Shown here: one piece after another, positions 38,482 to 48,164 of the stretch | How the letters are laid out: every line of letters starts with the position of its first letter | Numbering within the stretch: the first letter of the stretch is position 1 | Source of the DNA: Vulcanimicrobiota bacterium | GTDB taxonomy: Bacteria > Vulcanimicrobiota > Xenobia > Xenobiales > JADMJV01 | Assembly: GCA_050250895.1 (NCBI GenBank) | Contig: JBFWNU010000008.1 | Span: 1 to 64,000, forward strand | Direction: 5' to 3' | DNA: 64,000 nucleotides | Position numbers and translations under genes: made by a program | Notes under the pieces: model-generated | Database searches by the model: none | Seen by the model: the letters and a program-made list of their open reading frames with translations, nothing else | Told to the model about the DNA's origin: nothing

Positions 38482-38953
38482 AGATCAGACCACTTTGGTC
38501 AAAAGTCGCTTCATGACCGAGGTCATGGACGCCTGTTCGCAGTGCGACGGCGTGTGGCTCGAACGGGGCGAGATGGAAAAGATCCTGGGACTGCCGGATG
38601 ATCTCTTTCGCGGCCAGGACCGCCCCGACCCGAAAGGAGCGGCCGCCTGCCCCGACTGTCACGTCTCGATGAAGACGGTCTGGTTCTCGATGGACGAGCG
38701 CGTGCTCATCGACCGCTGTGAGCAGTGCGGCGGGGTGTGGCTCGATGCCGAAGAGTTGCGCGAGTTAGTGCAGGAAGTCTATCGCCACAAGGAGCGGACC
38801 CAGGTGTTGGTCGGCGACGACGGCCACTTTCATCATCGGTCGGGCGACTGCCCGCGCCTGAGCGGTGAGCCCCGCACGATTTCGTGGGGCTCCGCGCTGG
38901 CTCAAGAAAAGACTGCCTGCTCCGAGTGTTCGCCGCTGCGCGAGCCTTCCTGA
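38462..38953 (+). CDS. Tandem zf-TFIIB-like Zn-ribbon protein with C-terminal H-C-CxxC module
   Basis: CPRD...CSQCDGVWLERGE; CPDC...CEQCGGVWLDAEEL; FHH..DC..CSEC. Confidence 0.82.
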   Translation: MFRVCPRDQTTLVKSRFMTEVMDACSQCDGVWLERGEMEKILGLPDDLFRGQDRPDPKGAAACPDCHVSMKTVWFSMDERVLIDRCEQCGGVWLDAEELRELVQEVYRHKERTQVLVGDDGHFHHRSGDCPRLSGEPRTISWGSALAQEKTACSECSPLREPS

Positions 38954-39723
38954 AGCTCGGTCAAAAAGCGACAGATCTCGCGCTCGAGGCGCTTGCAGCC
39001 ATAATCGACCGGCAACACGTGGTAGGCTCGTTTCAACCAGATCAACCGCCGTTTTAGCGAGGCCACCTGCTCGATGATGTAGGGGGCGTTGGAGGGGGGA
39101 ACGGTGTGGTCCGAGCGCGATTGAGCCACCAGGATAGGGCACTCGACCAGAGCCAGGTTCTGGCGAGCCGTGTCCAGCAACTGCAAGAACTCTCCCACCG
39201 CTTTGACGGGCAGCGTCTTGTGGACGCCGTCTCGGCGGCGGCGCCGCGCTCCTCGATTGGCCACGTCAAAGACCAGAGGCAGGGCCGAGGTCGCCTGGCG
39301 TCCGGCCGGGAAGATCCTCTTCTCCCAATCTTCGAAAAAGACAGGAGTAGCCAGCAACACCAGGGCGTAAGGGCGATATCGTTCGGCCAGACTCAGAGCC
39401 AGGGTGCCACCCATCGAAAAGCCCACCACCACGACCTTGTTGTAGCGCGCTTTGAGCAGGCGGAAACAGGCCTCGGCGGCCTCGAGCCAATCGGCCCTGG
39501 TCACCTCTTGAAAGTCAGCCAGGCTTTCGCCGTGACCTGGCAACAAGGGCGCAAAACTTGCAAAGCCCGAGGCCGAGAGGCTCTCGCCGAAACTACGCAT
39601 GGTATAGGGCGAGCAGCCCAGGCCGTGCAAAAGAAGGACGCCGGGATTGCCGGGCACGCCGGGAAGTTCGAAGGGGGTGAAAAGGCCGTTGCGGACGGGG
39701 TGGTCAGGAGCGACGAGGGCCAC
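38902..39723 (-). CDS. Carboxylesterase (alpha/beta hydrolase, YvaK-like)
   Basis: LLHGL, LPGHG, GFSMGG, DHTV, YHV. Confidence 0.9.
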   Translation of the reverse strand: MALVAPDHPVRNGLFTPFELPGVPGNPGVLLLHGLGCSPYTMRSFGESLSASGFASFAPLLPGHGESLADFQEVTRADWLEAAEACFRLLKARYNKVVVVGFSMGGTLALSLAERYRPYALVLLATPVFFEDWEKRIFPAGRQATSALPLVFDVANRGARRRRRDGVHKTLPVKAVGEFLQLLDTARQNLALVECPILVAQSRSDHTVPPSNAPYIIEQVASLKRRLIWLKRAYHVLPVDYGCKRLEREICRFLTELQEGSRSGEHSEQAVFS

Positions 39724-40264
39724 GCAGGAAGCTCCTATGTAAACCTGCCCCCCGTGCTGCCCACAGATTTTGGTAAACCGAGTACATCTTTTGATGGATC
39801 AATCCATCCGGAAGACCTGACGGGATCACGGTGCGATGAGCGGTGTGCTCGCCCGAGGTGCTGACCTCGTAGTGCGAGATGCGCGCGGTCACTCGCTCGA
39901 GCAGGCCGGCTTCGTCGCTGCGACTGTGAATCAGCAGCGGCAGGTCGAGGCGACGCCCCATGATGTGGCCCCGCAGGCGCGAGATCAGATCGTGGCTGTG
40001 CAGAATGTGTGGCTTCCAGTTCGTGAGCACATAGTAGAGGTCGAGCAGGCTGGCGGTCTCGCGCAACGGGCTGAACGGCCCGGCCCAGGGTAGGGGCACC
40101 AGATAGTCGCAAACCTCCTTGAACTCCTCGAGATGTTCCTCTAAGCAGCCCATCAAGCCGACTTCGACACCGTGCTGGCGGAGGAACCCCATCCAGGAGT
40201 GCAGAAACCTGCCGGCCTTCCGGTCGGTTTCAATCAGATGCAAGACTCGGAACGAGTGGGTCAC
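39704..40264 (-). CDS. Stand-alone GT4 N-terminal-like domain protein (start uncertain)
   Basis: RVLHL, LRQHGVEV, SPLRE, WKPHILHSH, IHS; no second Rossmann domain. Confidence 0.6.
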   Translation of the reverse strand: MTHSFRVLHLIETDRKAGRFLHSWMGFLRQHGVEVGLMGCLEEHLEEFKEVCDYLVPLPWAGPFSPLRETASLLDLYYVLTNWKPHILHSHDLISRLRGHIMGRRLDLPLLIHSRSDEAGLLERVTARISHYEVSTSGEHTAHRTVIPSGLPDGLIHQKMYSVYQNLWAARGAGLHRSFLRGPRRS

Positions 40265-40350
40265 ACGTTTGCACTTCGTTTCGTGCAACCGGGCTCCTCC
40301 CCAGAGCGGGTGGCCAGAAAGGTAGAAAGAGCTTGAAACCAGCGACACGC

Positions 40351-40848
40351 ATGCGATGGCTTTTAGGGCTGGCGGTGCTGCTCATGTTCGTGCCCACTTT
40401 CTTGTTCGCGGCCGGACCTTTACGTCGCCCTCCGATGTTCGAAGGTGATCGCATTCAAGAGATGGAGTGTCGACGCTGTTCGGGTGCTGGCAAGGAGGGC
40501 GCCGAAGAGTGTCGTCTATGCCGGGGTCGGGGGCGCACCGACTATATCCTACCAGGACCCAACCGTCCCACCCAGGTCATCGGCACCGTCCTTAACGGCG
40601 GCGGCCACCCGGTGGAGGGGGCCAACATTCTGGTCAAGTCCTCGTTCGGTGAACTCAGTTATCGCACCAACGGCGACGGGCAATTCGGGGTGAAGCTTCC
40701 CCCGGGCCGCTACACGATCGAAGCCTCGCAAGAAGGGGCCGGCCAGGCGGTGCAAGAGGTCGATGTGGTGGCCTCGGTCGAGCCTCTGCCAGCGGCGATG
40801 CCCACCACCCTGGCCGAGATGGCGATTGAACTCAGCTTAAAGCCTTGA
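40351..40848 (+). CDS. Exported protein with DnaJ-type Zn finger and carboxypeptidase-regulatory-like domain
   Basis: Signal/TM segment; CRRCSGAG, CRLCRGRG; GTV...GHPVEGA...TNGDGQF..LPPGRYTI. Confidence 0.8.
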   Translation: MRWLLGLAVLLMFVPTFLFAAGPLRRPPMFEGDRIQEMECRRCSGAGKEGAEECRLCRGRGRTDYILPGPNRPTQVIGTVLNGGGHPVEGANILVKSSFGELSYRTNGDGQFGVKLPPGRYTIEASQEGAGQAVQEVDVVASVEPLPAAMPTTLAEMAIELSLKP

Positions 40849-41521
40849 CTTTAGAGAATCGGCTGCGGAGATAGCCGGCGTTGTGCGGGTAGCCACCCGC
40901 GAACGTGTCGGGCTTGGCCTTCTGGCAGTTCTTGCAGAGAAAATAGAGGGCCGGCCGGTCGTAAGTCGACAGTTTGCCGAATTCCCCGGTGAAGCCGCCC
41001 CAGTCGGCCCGGTAGCGCTGATTCTCCTTATCCAATTGCCACAGCGCCTCGAACGCGACCAGGTCGGTGGCCAGCCCGCAAGAGTCGCAGGTGCTGGGCC
41101 GCGCCACCGTGCCGTGTTGCTCGTATAGCTTTTGACGATGGAACGGCAGGTCCATCACCAAACGGTCGATGAAGGCAAAGGCTCGGTCGGGCTTGGCTCC
41201 ACCTTCGGCAAGTTCGTTTTGCAGGGTGCTGGGAGCTTCTCCGGCCAGGAGTCGCTCGATGGCCTGGGCTTCGAAGCCGTCGAGCAGGGTGGCCAGCTTT
41301 TTACCCTCGTCGACGGGAATCTTCGAGCCACAATAGCGGCAGGCCAAATCGCTCGCTTCGGGAGCTTTGATGAGGCGCAGGCAGCCGGGGCAGCCCAACT
41401 GCACCGGGGCCCCGCTGGTGACAGCTTTCTTGACCATCAGGCGGGCGCCGCACTGGGGGCACCTCGTCTCGCCTTCGTCGACATCAGGTTCAAAACGGTG
41501 GGCGCAAAGGTGGCAACGCAT
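40832..41521 (-). CDS. Multi-Zn-ribbon hypothetical protein
   Basis: Six CxxC pairs. Confidence 0.78.
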   Translation of the reverse strand: MRCHLCAHRFEPDVDEGETRCPQCGARLMVKKAVTSGAPVQLGCPGCLRLIKAPEASDLACRYCGSKIPVDEGKKLATLLDGFEAQAIERLLAGEAPSTLQNELAEGGAKPDRAFAFIDRLVMDLPFHRQKLYEQHGTVARPSTCDSCGLATDLVAFEALWQLDKENQRYRADWGGFTGEFGKLSTYDRPALYFLCKNCQKAKPDTFAGGYPHNAGYLRSRFSKVKALS

Positions 41522-41621
41522 CGAGACTGGTTTGTTTTCTACTGACCTCTATCCTTCTACGCCAGGGATCCCCTGGCGTCGACAAGAAAGAGGTGCAAAC
41601 GCATAGACAAGGGGTCACATC

Positions 41622-41912
41622 ATGTTAATCGGTATCCTGCTATTTTTCGTCATCATCGGCCTGATTCCGCAGATACCGTTTCCGGCCAAGCTCGGCATCC
41701 AGCTGGTCGCGGCGCTGATTATCTACTTCGGCTTCTCGGACATGCTCTTTGAGGTCGGCGACCAGTTCCTGCGTGGCGGGGTGGCCGTTCCGGGCAAGCT
41801 GAACTTTCTCTCGGTGGGTTTCATCGGGTTCGTGCTCGGTGTGATCTCTTCGGTGGTCGGCATCGGTGTGGCCAAACTCTTTGGTCGTAAGGATGCCGGC
41901 AGGGACGAGTAA
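41622..41912 (+). CDS. Small membrane protein
   Basis: AAGGGG RBS; about three hydrophobic segments. Confidence 0.8.
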   Translation: MLIGILLFFVIIGLIPQIPFPAKLGIQLVAALIIYFGFSDMLFEVGDQFLRGGVAVPGKLNFLSVGFIGFVLGVISSVVGIGVAKLFGRKDAGRDE

Positions 41913-41938
41913 CCGCCGGCTCGAATCTTTTTTCTAAG

Positions 41939-42166
41939 TTGACTTCTCAAGAGAACCATAACAAGGAGTCGAACGACTCGACCTGGACCTACGTCACCCT
42001 TGGCATCGGCGCGGGCCTCATCTTGACCCTGGCTGCCGGTATGGCTTACCGCTACTGGAGCCACCAACAGCAAGACCGTGATCCCCGGGCCGAGAAGGTG
42101 CAGGAGCTGATCCTCGAGGCCGAGCGTCTGCTGGCCCAGGGCCGCCGGGCGCGTTCTTCTTCCTAA
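41939..42166 (+). CDS. Small single-TM protein
   Basis: One TM segment plus a charged helix; fills the gap before surE. Confidence 0.7.
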   Translation: MTSQENHNKESNDSTWTYVTLGIGAGLILTLAAGMAYRYWSHQQQDRDPRAEKVQELILEAERLLAQGRRARSSS

Positions 42167-42174
42167 ATCACCTT

Positions 42175-42921
42175 TTGCGCGTCCTGCTGACCAATGACGA
42201 CGGCGTGCGAGCCCCCGGCTTTGTCGCTTTGCTCGAGGCCTTTCGCGGTCAGGCCGAAGTGATGGCCGTGGCTCCCCAAGAGGAGCAGAGCGCGGTGGCT
42301 CGTTCGATCACGTTTCGCCGGCCACTGCGCCTCGAGCACCAACTCGACGAGCCTGATTGTCAGGTCTATGCCGCCACCGGTACGCCGACGGATTGCGTAC
42401 TGTTGGGCCTTTGCCATCTGATGAAGGACAAGCCCGATGTGGTGGTCTCTGGCATCAATCGCGGGGCCAATCTCGGCGACGATGTGCTCTATTCGGGCAC
42501 GGTGGCGGGAGCCATGGAAGGCTCGATCAACGGCATCCCGTCGCTGGCCGTGTCGCTCGAGCGCAGCCCCCATCCCGATTACAGCCACGCTGCCCGCTTT
42601 GCCCTCGAGCTATCCAAGGAGGTGATTCGGCGCGGCTTGCCTCCCAAAATCCTGCTCAACGTGAACGTGCCTGCTCGGCCCGAAATTCTCGGTCACAAGA
42701 TCACCCGTCAGGGCCACACCCAGTATGCCCAGGAGATCCTCAGCAGGGTGGACCCGCGAGGGCAAGAATACTTCTGGGTCACCGGCGCCCTGCCAACCGG
42801 AGAACCTGAGGAGGGCACGGATTTTGCCGCTTTAGCCCATGGTTATGTCTCGATTTCGCCTCTGAGCATGGACCTGACTGCCGGGGCTTGGATTGGGGAA
42901 CTCAGCACATGGGAGATATGA
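42175..42921 (+). CDS. surE: 5'/3'-nucleotidase SurE
   Basis: LLTNDDG, GTPTDCV, SGINRGANLG, YSGTVAGAMEG. Confidence 0.97.
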   Translation: MRVLLTNDDGVRAPGFVALLEAFRGQAEVMAVAPQEEQSAVARSITFRRPLRLEHQLDEPDCQVYAATGTPTDCVLLGLCHLMKDKPDVVVSGINRGANLGDDVLYSGTVAGAMEGSINGIPSLAVSLERSPHPDYSHAARFALELSKEVIRRGLPPKILLNVNVPARPEILGHKITRQGHTQYAQEILSRVDPRGQEYFWVTGALPTGEPEEGTDFAALAHGYVSISPLSMDLTAGAWIGELSTWEI

Positions 42922-44123
42922 AGACTAAGCAGGGCCTGCCGATGCTTTCGTCGGTATTCGGCCGGGTCGAAGAAGAACTCAAGCGCCGCGAACAGGTGGG
43001 CTTTCTCTACTTTGACGTGATCGAGTTCAACGCGATCACCGAACAATATGGTCGCACCATCGCCCAGGCCTTGCTCGATGCCCTGGCCGAAGTGCTGATG
43101 GGTCAGCGCGGCAAACTGTTTCGCGATGAAGACCTGGTAGCTGTGGGCGGCTCGTCGATGGACTTCTTCGTCATCTTCTTGTTCTCGCCACCCCGGCGCA
43201 AGGAGCATTTCTCGACCACCGATCTCAAGCTCATTTCCAATCGCGTGACTCAGAAGCTCTTTCATATCGTCAACAATCGGGCGGCTGAACTCGAGGTCGA
43301 TCGCAAGATCGACCTGCGCAACGGCTATACGGTCATTCAGAACGAGCCCAACATCCCCGTCGAGCGACTGGTTCAGGAAGCCTGGAAAGAGGCGGCCCTC
43401 AAGTCTCAGATGGAAGAGATCATGGTGACCTTCGTGGCCAACGTCTCGCATGAGCTGCGCACACCGCTGACTTGCATCAAGGGCTACGCCGAGACCCTGC
43501 TGGAAGGGGCCATGGAAGACCCCGAGTTGACCGCTCGCTGGCTGTCGGTCATCTGTACCGAGGCCCGTCGACTCGAGCGTTTGATCAAGGACCTGCTCGA
43601 CATCTCGATGATCGAGGCCAACCAGGTCGAGATGCGCTTTCAACTGCTCGACCTGGGGGCGGTGGTGCGTCATGCCGTCACCGTGCTGAGCCCCCACGCT
43701 CGCGAGGCCAAGATCGAACTGCTCGAAGAGATTCCCGATGAGCGCCCGGATTGGCGGGCCGATGAGGACCGCCTCAGTCAGGTGATCGTCAACCTGGTCG
43801 ACAACGGCATCAAATACTCCAACCCCGGCTCGCGGGTCCAGGTGCGCTTGCGCTATGAGGCCGACGCCGCCTATATCGAAGTCGAAGACAACGGGACCGG
43901 CATTCCCGACCAGGAACTGCCGCGGATCTTCGAGCGCTTCTATCGGGTCGAGAAGGGCAGCGGGGCGCGTTTTGGTGGACGTGGCCTGGGGCTCTCCATC
44001 GCCAAGCATCTCATCGAGGCCCACGGGGGCGACCTTACCGCCGAGAGTGAATTCGGCAAAGGCAGCAAGTTCTGTATCTTCCTTCCTCGCGATGACGAGT
44101 GGACCGAGGATGATGACGACTGA
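42918..44123 (+). CDS. Cytoplasmic histidine kinase with N-terminal degenerate GGDEF-like domain
   Basis: SHELRTPL, NLVDNGIKY, DNGTGI, FERFYR, GRGLGL; N-terminal FDVIEFNAITEQYG...RDEDLVAVGGSSMDFFV. ATG overlaps the surE stop. Confidence 0.9.
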   Translation: MKTKQGLPMLSSVFGRVEEELKRREQVGFLYFDVIEFNAITEQYGRTIAQALLDALAEVLMGQRGKLFRDEDLVAVGGSSMDFFVIFLFSPPRRKEHFSTTDLKLISNRVTQKLFHIVNNRAAELEVDRKIDLRNGYTVIQNEPNIPVERLVQEAWKEAALKSQMEEIMVTFVANVSHELRTPLTCIKGYAETLLEGAMEDPELTARWLSVICTEARRLERLIKDLLDISMIEANQVEMRFQLLDLGAVVRHAVTVLSPHAREAKIELLEEIPDERPDWRADEDRLSQVIVNLVDNGIKYSNPGSRVQVRLRYEADAAYIEVEDNGTGIPDQELPRIFERFYRVEKGSGARFGGRGLGLSIAKHLIEAHGGDLTAESEFGKGSKFCIFLPRDDEWTEDDDD

Positions 44124-44868
44124 GTTGCCCGTTTATCGGGCTCTGGGGGTGAAGTTTCATCCCGTCAGCATGGAAGACGCCGTGGCCCGAATCGCGAACT
44201 ACATCGCGACTGGTGGCTTTCACCTGGTGGTCACCCTGGGGACCGAAATGGTCATGCGCGCCCTGGAAGACCACGGTTTTTATGAGACGGTCGAGCGGGC
44301 CGAACTGGTGGTGCCAGACGGGATCGGTCTGGTGCTGGCTTCGCGCTACTGCGGGCTGGCCGCACCCGAGCGGGTGGCCGGCATCGATCTGGTGACTCGT
44401 CTGTTTAGCGAGTTGCCCGACACCACCCGCTATTTTCTGTTGGGAGCAGCCCCCGGCGTGGCGGCGGCTGCCGCCGAAGAGTTGCGGACGCGCTATCCGA
44501 CCGCTCAGATCGTAGGCGTACAAGACGGCTATTTCGAAGACGAAGACGCGGTCCTGGCGGCGATCGAAGAGGCCGACCCTGACGTGCTCCTGGTGGGCAT
44601 GGGATCGCCTCGCCAGGAGATCTGGCTGGAGCAGCATCGGGAACGCCTCAACGTCCGCATCGGCATCGGGGTGGGGGGCAGCTTCGATGTGCTGTCGGGG
44701 CAACTCGAGCGTGCTCCGCGGTGGGTTATCCGCCTCCATTCCGAATGGCTCTATCGGCTCTTGCGCCAGCCTTCGCGCTGGCTAAGGATGATGGCGTTGC
44801 CCCGCTTTGTGGGCCGGGTCATGGTTTCACGAGGTCGGGCCGTGGTGGTGGAGAAGGAAACGACATGA
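44110..44868 (+). CDS. WecB/TagA/CpsF glycosyltransferase
   Basis: VPDGIG, ERVAGIDL, VGMGSPRQE, GVGGSFD, EWLYRL. Confidence 0.95.
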   Translation: MMTTELPVYRALGVKFHPVSMEDAVARIANYIATGGFHLVVTLGTEMVMRALEDHGFYETVERAELVVPDGIGLVLASRYCGLAAPERVAGIDLVTRLFSELPDTTRYFLLGAAPGVAAAAAEELRTRYPTAQIVGVQDGYFEDEDAVLAAIEEADPDVLLVGMGSPRQEIWLEQHRERLNVRIGIGVGGSFDVLSGQLERAPRWVIRLHSEWLYRLLRQPSRWLRMMALPRFVGRVMVSRGRAVVVEKETT

Positions 44869-45929
44869 AGGCCATGATCCTGGCGGCCGGCGGAGCCAGC
44901 CGCCTCTATCCTTTGACCTACACCCTGCCGATGGTGATGGTGCCGGTGGTCAACGTCCCGGTGGTGGAGCATCTGATCTGTCTGCTCAAGCAGCATGGCT
45001 TTGACGAGATCATGGTGAACCTCCATTATCTCCATCGCGTCATCACGGACCATCTGGGTGACGGGTCTCGCTGGGGTGTCAAGCTGTCGTATTCGCACGA
45101 AGAAGAGCTGAGCGGCACGGCCGGGGGAGTCAAGCGAGTGGCCGACTTCTTTGACGACACCTTTCTCGTCATCGGCGGCGACGACCTGACCGACCTCGAC
45201 CTCAGTGCTTTTCTCACCTATCATCGTCAACGCCAGTCCCAGGCCACCCTGGCCGCCTATCCCATCAGTCAGTCCGACAATCTCGGGGTGCTGGCGCTCG
45301 ATGACCAGGGTCGGGTGACCCAGTTCCACGAGAAGCCGCGCCAGGTACCCGAGAGCTGCCATTGGGTCAACTCGGGAATCTATCTATTCGAGCCCTCCAT
45401 CTTCGAGTTGATTCCCGATGTGCGCCCTTTCGACTTCGGCAAGCACCTGTTTCCCACTCTGGTTACCAACACCGAGGTGGCCTTCTATGGCTACCCCATC
45501 GAAGCCGGCTACTGGTGTGATATCGAGGATCCCATCGCCTATCGAAGAGCTCACTGGGATGTGCTCGAAGGCTTGACCGACATCACGATTCCCGGTCGTG
45601 AAGTGCAGCCCCAGGTGTGGCTGGCTGACGGGTGCCAGGTGAGCTCACAGGCCATTCTGGTGCCCCCGGTGGTGATCGGCGAAGGGACCGAAGTCCGGGC
45701 CGGGGCCCGCATCGAGGGACCGGCGGTGCTGGGACCTCAGGTGGTGGTCGAAGAGGGAGCCAGGGTGCGCAGTAGCGTCATCTGGGATCACACCCGGCTG
45801 GGAGCCGGCTGTCTGGTCGAAGACTCGTTGGTGGGCTCCTCGTGCCTGCTCGAGGCCAATAGACAGTATCGCAACATCTTGATGCCCAGCGGGGCTCAGC
45901 CCAGCCGGCGCAAGGTCTCACAAGACTGA
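44865..45929 (+). CDS. NDP-sugar synthase (mannose-1-phosphate guanylyltransferase-like)
   Basis: KAMILAAGGASRLYPLT, GTAGG, VNSGIY, DFGKHLFP, YWCDI, C-terminal hexapeptide region. Confidence 0.92.
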   Translation: MKAMILAAGGASRLYPLTYTLPMVMVPVVNVPVVEHLICLLKQHGFDEIMVNLHYLHRVITDHLGDGSRWGVKLSYSHEEELSGTAGGVKRVADFFDDTFLVIGGDDLTDLDLSAFLTYHRQRQSQATLAAYPISQSDNLGVLALDDQGRVTQFHEKPRQVPESCHWVNSGIYLFEPSIFELIPDVRPFDFGKHLFPTLVTNTEVAFYGYPIEAGYWCDIEDPIAYRRAHWDVLEGLTDITIPGREVQPQVWLADGCQVSSQAILVPPVVIGEGTEVRAGARIEGPAVLGPQVVVEEGARVRSSVIWDHTRLGAGCLVEDSLVGSSCLLEANRQYRNILMPSGAQPSRRKVSQD

Positions 45930-46519
45930 TTTTCGAGTGGCTCTTTCCGGCTCGCTGCCCAGGCTGCGGAGCGATCGGTAGCTCGTTTTGTCAGGCGTGT
46001 CAGGGCAGTTTCTCTCCCGGCTCGATCCGGTTGGGCCAGTTGAGGGTGCGCTCGCTGGGATTTTATCAGGGGCCTCTCAAGAAAGCCGTGTTGGGCCTAA
46101 AGAGCGCCGGGCAACGCTCGTTGTTGCCGGCGCTGGCCGAGGCTCTAGCCGAACTGATCGAGGGGCCGTGGGTGCTGGTGGGCGTGCCGGCGGTGGCTTC
46201 TCGCAAACGGTATCGGGGCTTTGAGCCGGCGGTGGAGCTGGCCCGGGCCGTGGCCAGGGCGACCGGCCTCGAGCATCGCCAGAGTCTGGTTTGCGTCGTC
46301 GAACCCGGCGAGCAGAAGTTCCTTTCGGCCCAGCAGCGCGAAGCGAATCTGTCCGGGGTGTTTCAGGCTGTGGGCGCGGTTCCTGAGCGGGTTCTGTTGG
46401 TGGATGACGTGGTCACCACGGGGGCTACCCTCAAGGCCTGCGCCCAGGCCCTGGGTCAGGTCGCCGTCCTCGAAGGTCTTTGTCTGGCGCGCGTGCCCAG
46501 ACGCTCACCCGAGGCTTGA
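45926..46519 (+). CDS. comF: ComF-family phosphoribosyltransferase with N-terminal double Zn ribbon; probable CTG start
   Basis: LFPARCPGC...FCQAC lies in frame upstream of TTG 46031; RGF, QREANL, LLVDDVVTTGATL. Confidence 0.85.
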   Translation: MIFEWLFPARCPGCGAIGSSFCQACQGSFSPGSIRLGQLRVRSLGFYQGPLKKAVLGLKSAGQRSLLPALAEALAELIEGPWVLVGVPAVASRKRYRGFEPAVELARAVARATGLEHRQSLVCVVEPGEQKFLSAQQREANLSGVFQAVGAVPERVLLVDDVVTTGATLKACAQALGQVAVLEGLCLARVPRRSPEA

Positions 46520-47449
46520 AAAGAAGGCGAACAGCCTGGTCTCGAGCCAATCCCAGCGCCCGCTGGGCACAAATCCGAGATGGCCGCCGTGGGGGGGAAA
46601 TTCGGTGCTCACCCAGGCAGTCGGGTCGGGCAGCAGGCTCGGGTCGAGAAACGGATCGTCGGCTGCATTGAGCAGCAGGGTGGGGCGACGGATTCTGTCG
46701 AGAAAGGCGAGGGAGCTGCAGTCGGCCCAATACGCCTGGGCGCTGGCGTAGCCGTGGACCGGAGCGGTGACCCACTCGTCGAACTGCCAGAAGCTGTGAA
46801 TCTGTTCCAGTCGAGCAGGGTCGATGCGTCCGGGATGGCGGGCGTCGAAGGCTCGAGCCAGTTGCTTGAGTCGATAAATGAGGGCCCGGCGATAGAATTG
46901 GCTCATCGGGTGCGCCTCGAGACGGTCGGCACAGGCTGCCAGCGAAAGCGGGCTGCACACGGCGCATGCGCCCATCACCGCCTCGGGCAACTCAGAGCCC
47001 CGCTCGCCCAGCCACTTGAGCAAGATATTGGCTCCCAGCGAGAAGCCTGCCAAGCCTAGGGGAGGGCCAGGCAATAGCTGCTGAACCACCGCCTCGAGGT
47101 CGTCCGAACAGCCGGCGTGGTAGAGGCGGGGCACCCCCGTCAGGCACCCATCGGCGCCCCGCAGATTGAGGGCCATGGCCAGCCAGCCGCGGCGGCCAAA
47201 ATAGGCTAGAAAACGGCGGATCAGGGGGGCTCGCGAGGAGCCTGTGAGCCCGTGCAACAGCAACAGCCTGCGTCCGGCCCGGGGGGGGCCGTAGGCCTCC
47301 AAGCGCAGCTGATCGCCGTGGGCGGAGCCCACTTGACCGACCCGAGTGACGATGCGCGGGCCGGGCCAAAAGGCCCCCACCAGGGTTTGGGCATGGGGGT
47401 TGGAGAGGCCGGGAAAAGGCTTAAAGGGCGCGCAGGCGATGTTGCCCAT
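46505..47449 (-). CDS. YheT-family alpha/beta hydrolase
   Basis: NPHAQT, LHGLTGSS, YHAG, GFSLGAN, FDEWVTAP, DDPF, GGHLGF. Confidence 0.92.
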   Translation of the reverse strand: MGNIACAPFKPFPGLSNPHAQTLVGAFWPGPRIVTRVGQVGSAHGDQLRLEAYGPPRAGRRLLLLHGLTGSSRAPLIRRFLAYFGRRGWLAMALNLRGADGCLTGVPRLYHAGCSDDLEAVVQQLLPGPPLGLAGFSLGANILLKWLGERGSELPEAVMGACAVCSPLSLAACADRLEAHPMSQFYRRALIYRLKQLARAFDARHPGRIDPARLEQIHSFWQFDEWVTAPVHGYASAQAYWADCSSLAFLDRIRRPTLLLNAADDPFLDPSLLPDPTAWVSTEFPPHGGHLGFVPSGRWDWLETRLFAFFSSLG

Positions 47450-48164
47450 GAACTTCTAGTTCACCCGAGCGCAGCCGGTTGAGGAACTGCATCAGGCAGT
47501 CGAAGACCTCTTCGCGCTCGACATCGCGCATCATCTCGTGATGACTGCGATGAAACCAGTGCACTTCTTTATGCTCGCTGGCGAGGCCCGCGGCGATCAC
47601 GTCGATCGCCTGCTCCGAGACGACCGGATCCTGGCTGGCTGCGATCAAGCAGGCTGGAGCCTGGATATAGCCGAGCAGGGGTTCGACCACCGCCTGATAA
47701 CTCTCGAGGCTGGCCAGCGTTTCGATGGGGAAATAGGAGTAGTTGTTGGCCAGAGCGGCCAACTCGGGATCGGCATAGTCGGGATCGCCCGACCAGTAAG
47801 TCATCAGGCGCTTGAGCACCGGCATCAGCTTAAACAAAGGAGAGCGAAAGCGCATGCAGGCGGCCACGGTGGCCACGCCGCTGACCCTGGTGGGGTGCTC
47901 GGCGGCCAGGTTGAGGGCCACCAGTCCACCCATCGACAGGCCGACGACGGCGGCTGAGTGTCCTTCGCGAGTCAGGTCCAACAAGGCCTGTCGGGCGTCT
48001 TCAAGCCAGTCTCGCCAGGTGACCCCCAACAGGTCCTCGGGTCTGGTGCAGTGGCCTCGAAGCACCGGCACGCTATACTCGAAATTCTGCTTTTGCAAAC
48101 GAGGCACCAGGCCGGTGACGGTTTCCAGGCTCGAGGTGAACCCGTGCAGCAGCAGCACCCTCAC
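47421..48164 (-). CDS. Carboxylesterase (alpha/beta hydrolase)
   Basis: LLHGF, LRGH, GLSMGG, DPVV, SHH; GTG 48164 overlaps the upstream TGA. Confidence 0.9.
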   Translation of the reverse strand: MRVLLLHGFTSSLETVTGLVPRLQKQNFEYSVPVLRGHCTRPEDLLGVTWRDWLEDARQALLDLTREGHSAAVVGLSMGGLVALNLAAEHPTRVSGVATVAACMRFRSPLFKLMPVLKRLMTYWSGDPDYADPELAALANNYSYFPIETLASLESYQAVVEPLLGYIQAPACLIAASQDPVVSEQAIDVIAAGLASEHKEVHWFHRSHHEMMRDVEREEVFDCLMQFLNRLRSGELEVHGQHRLRAL

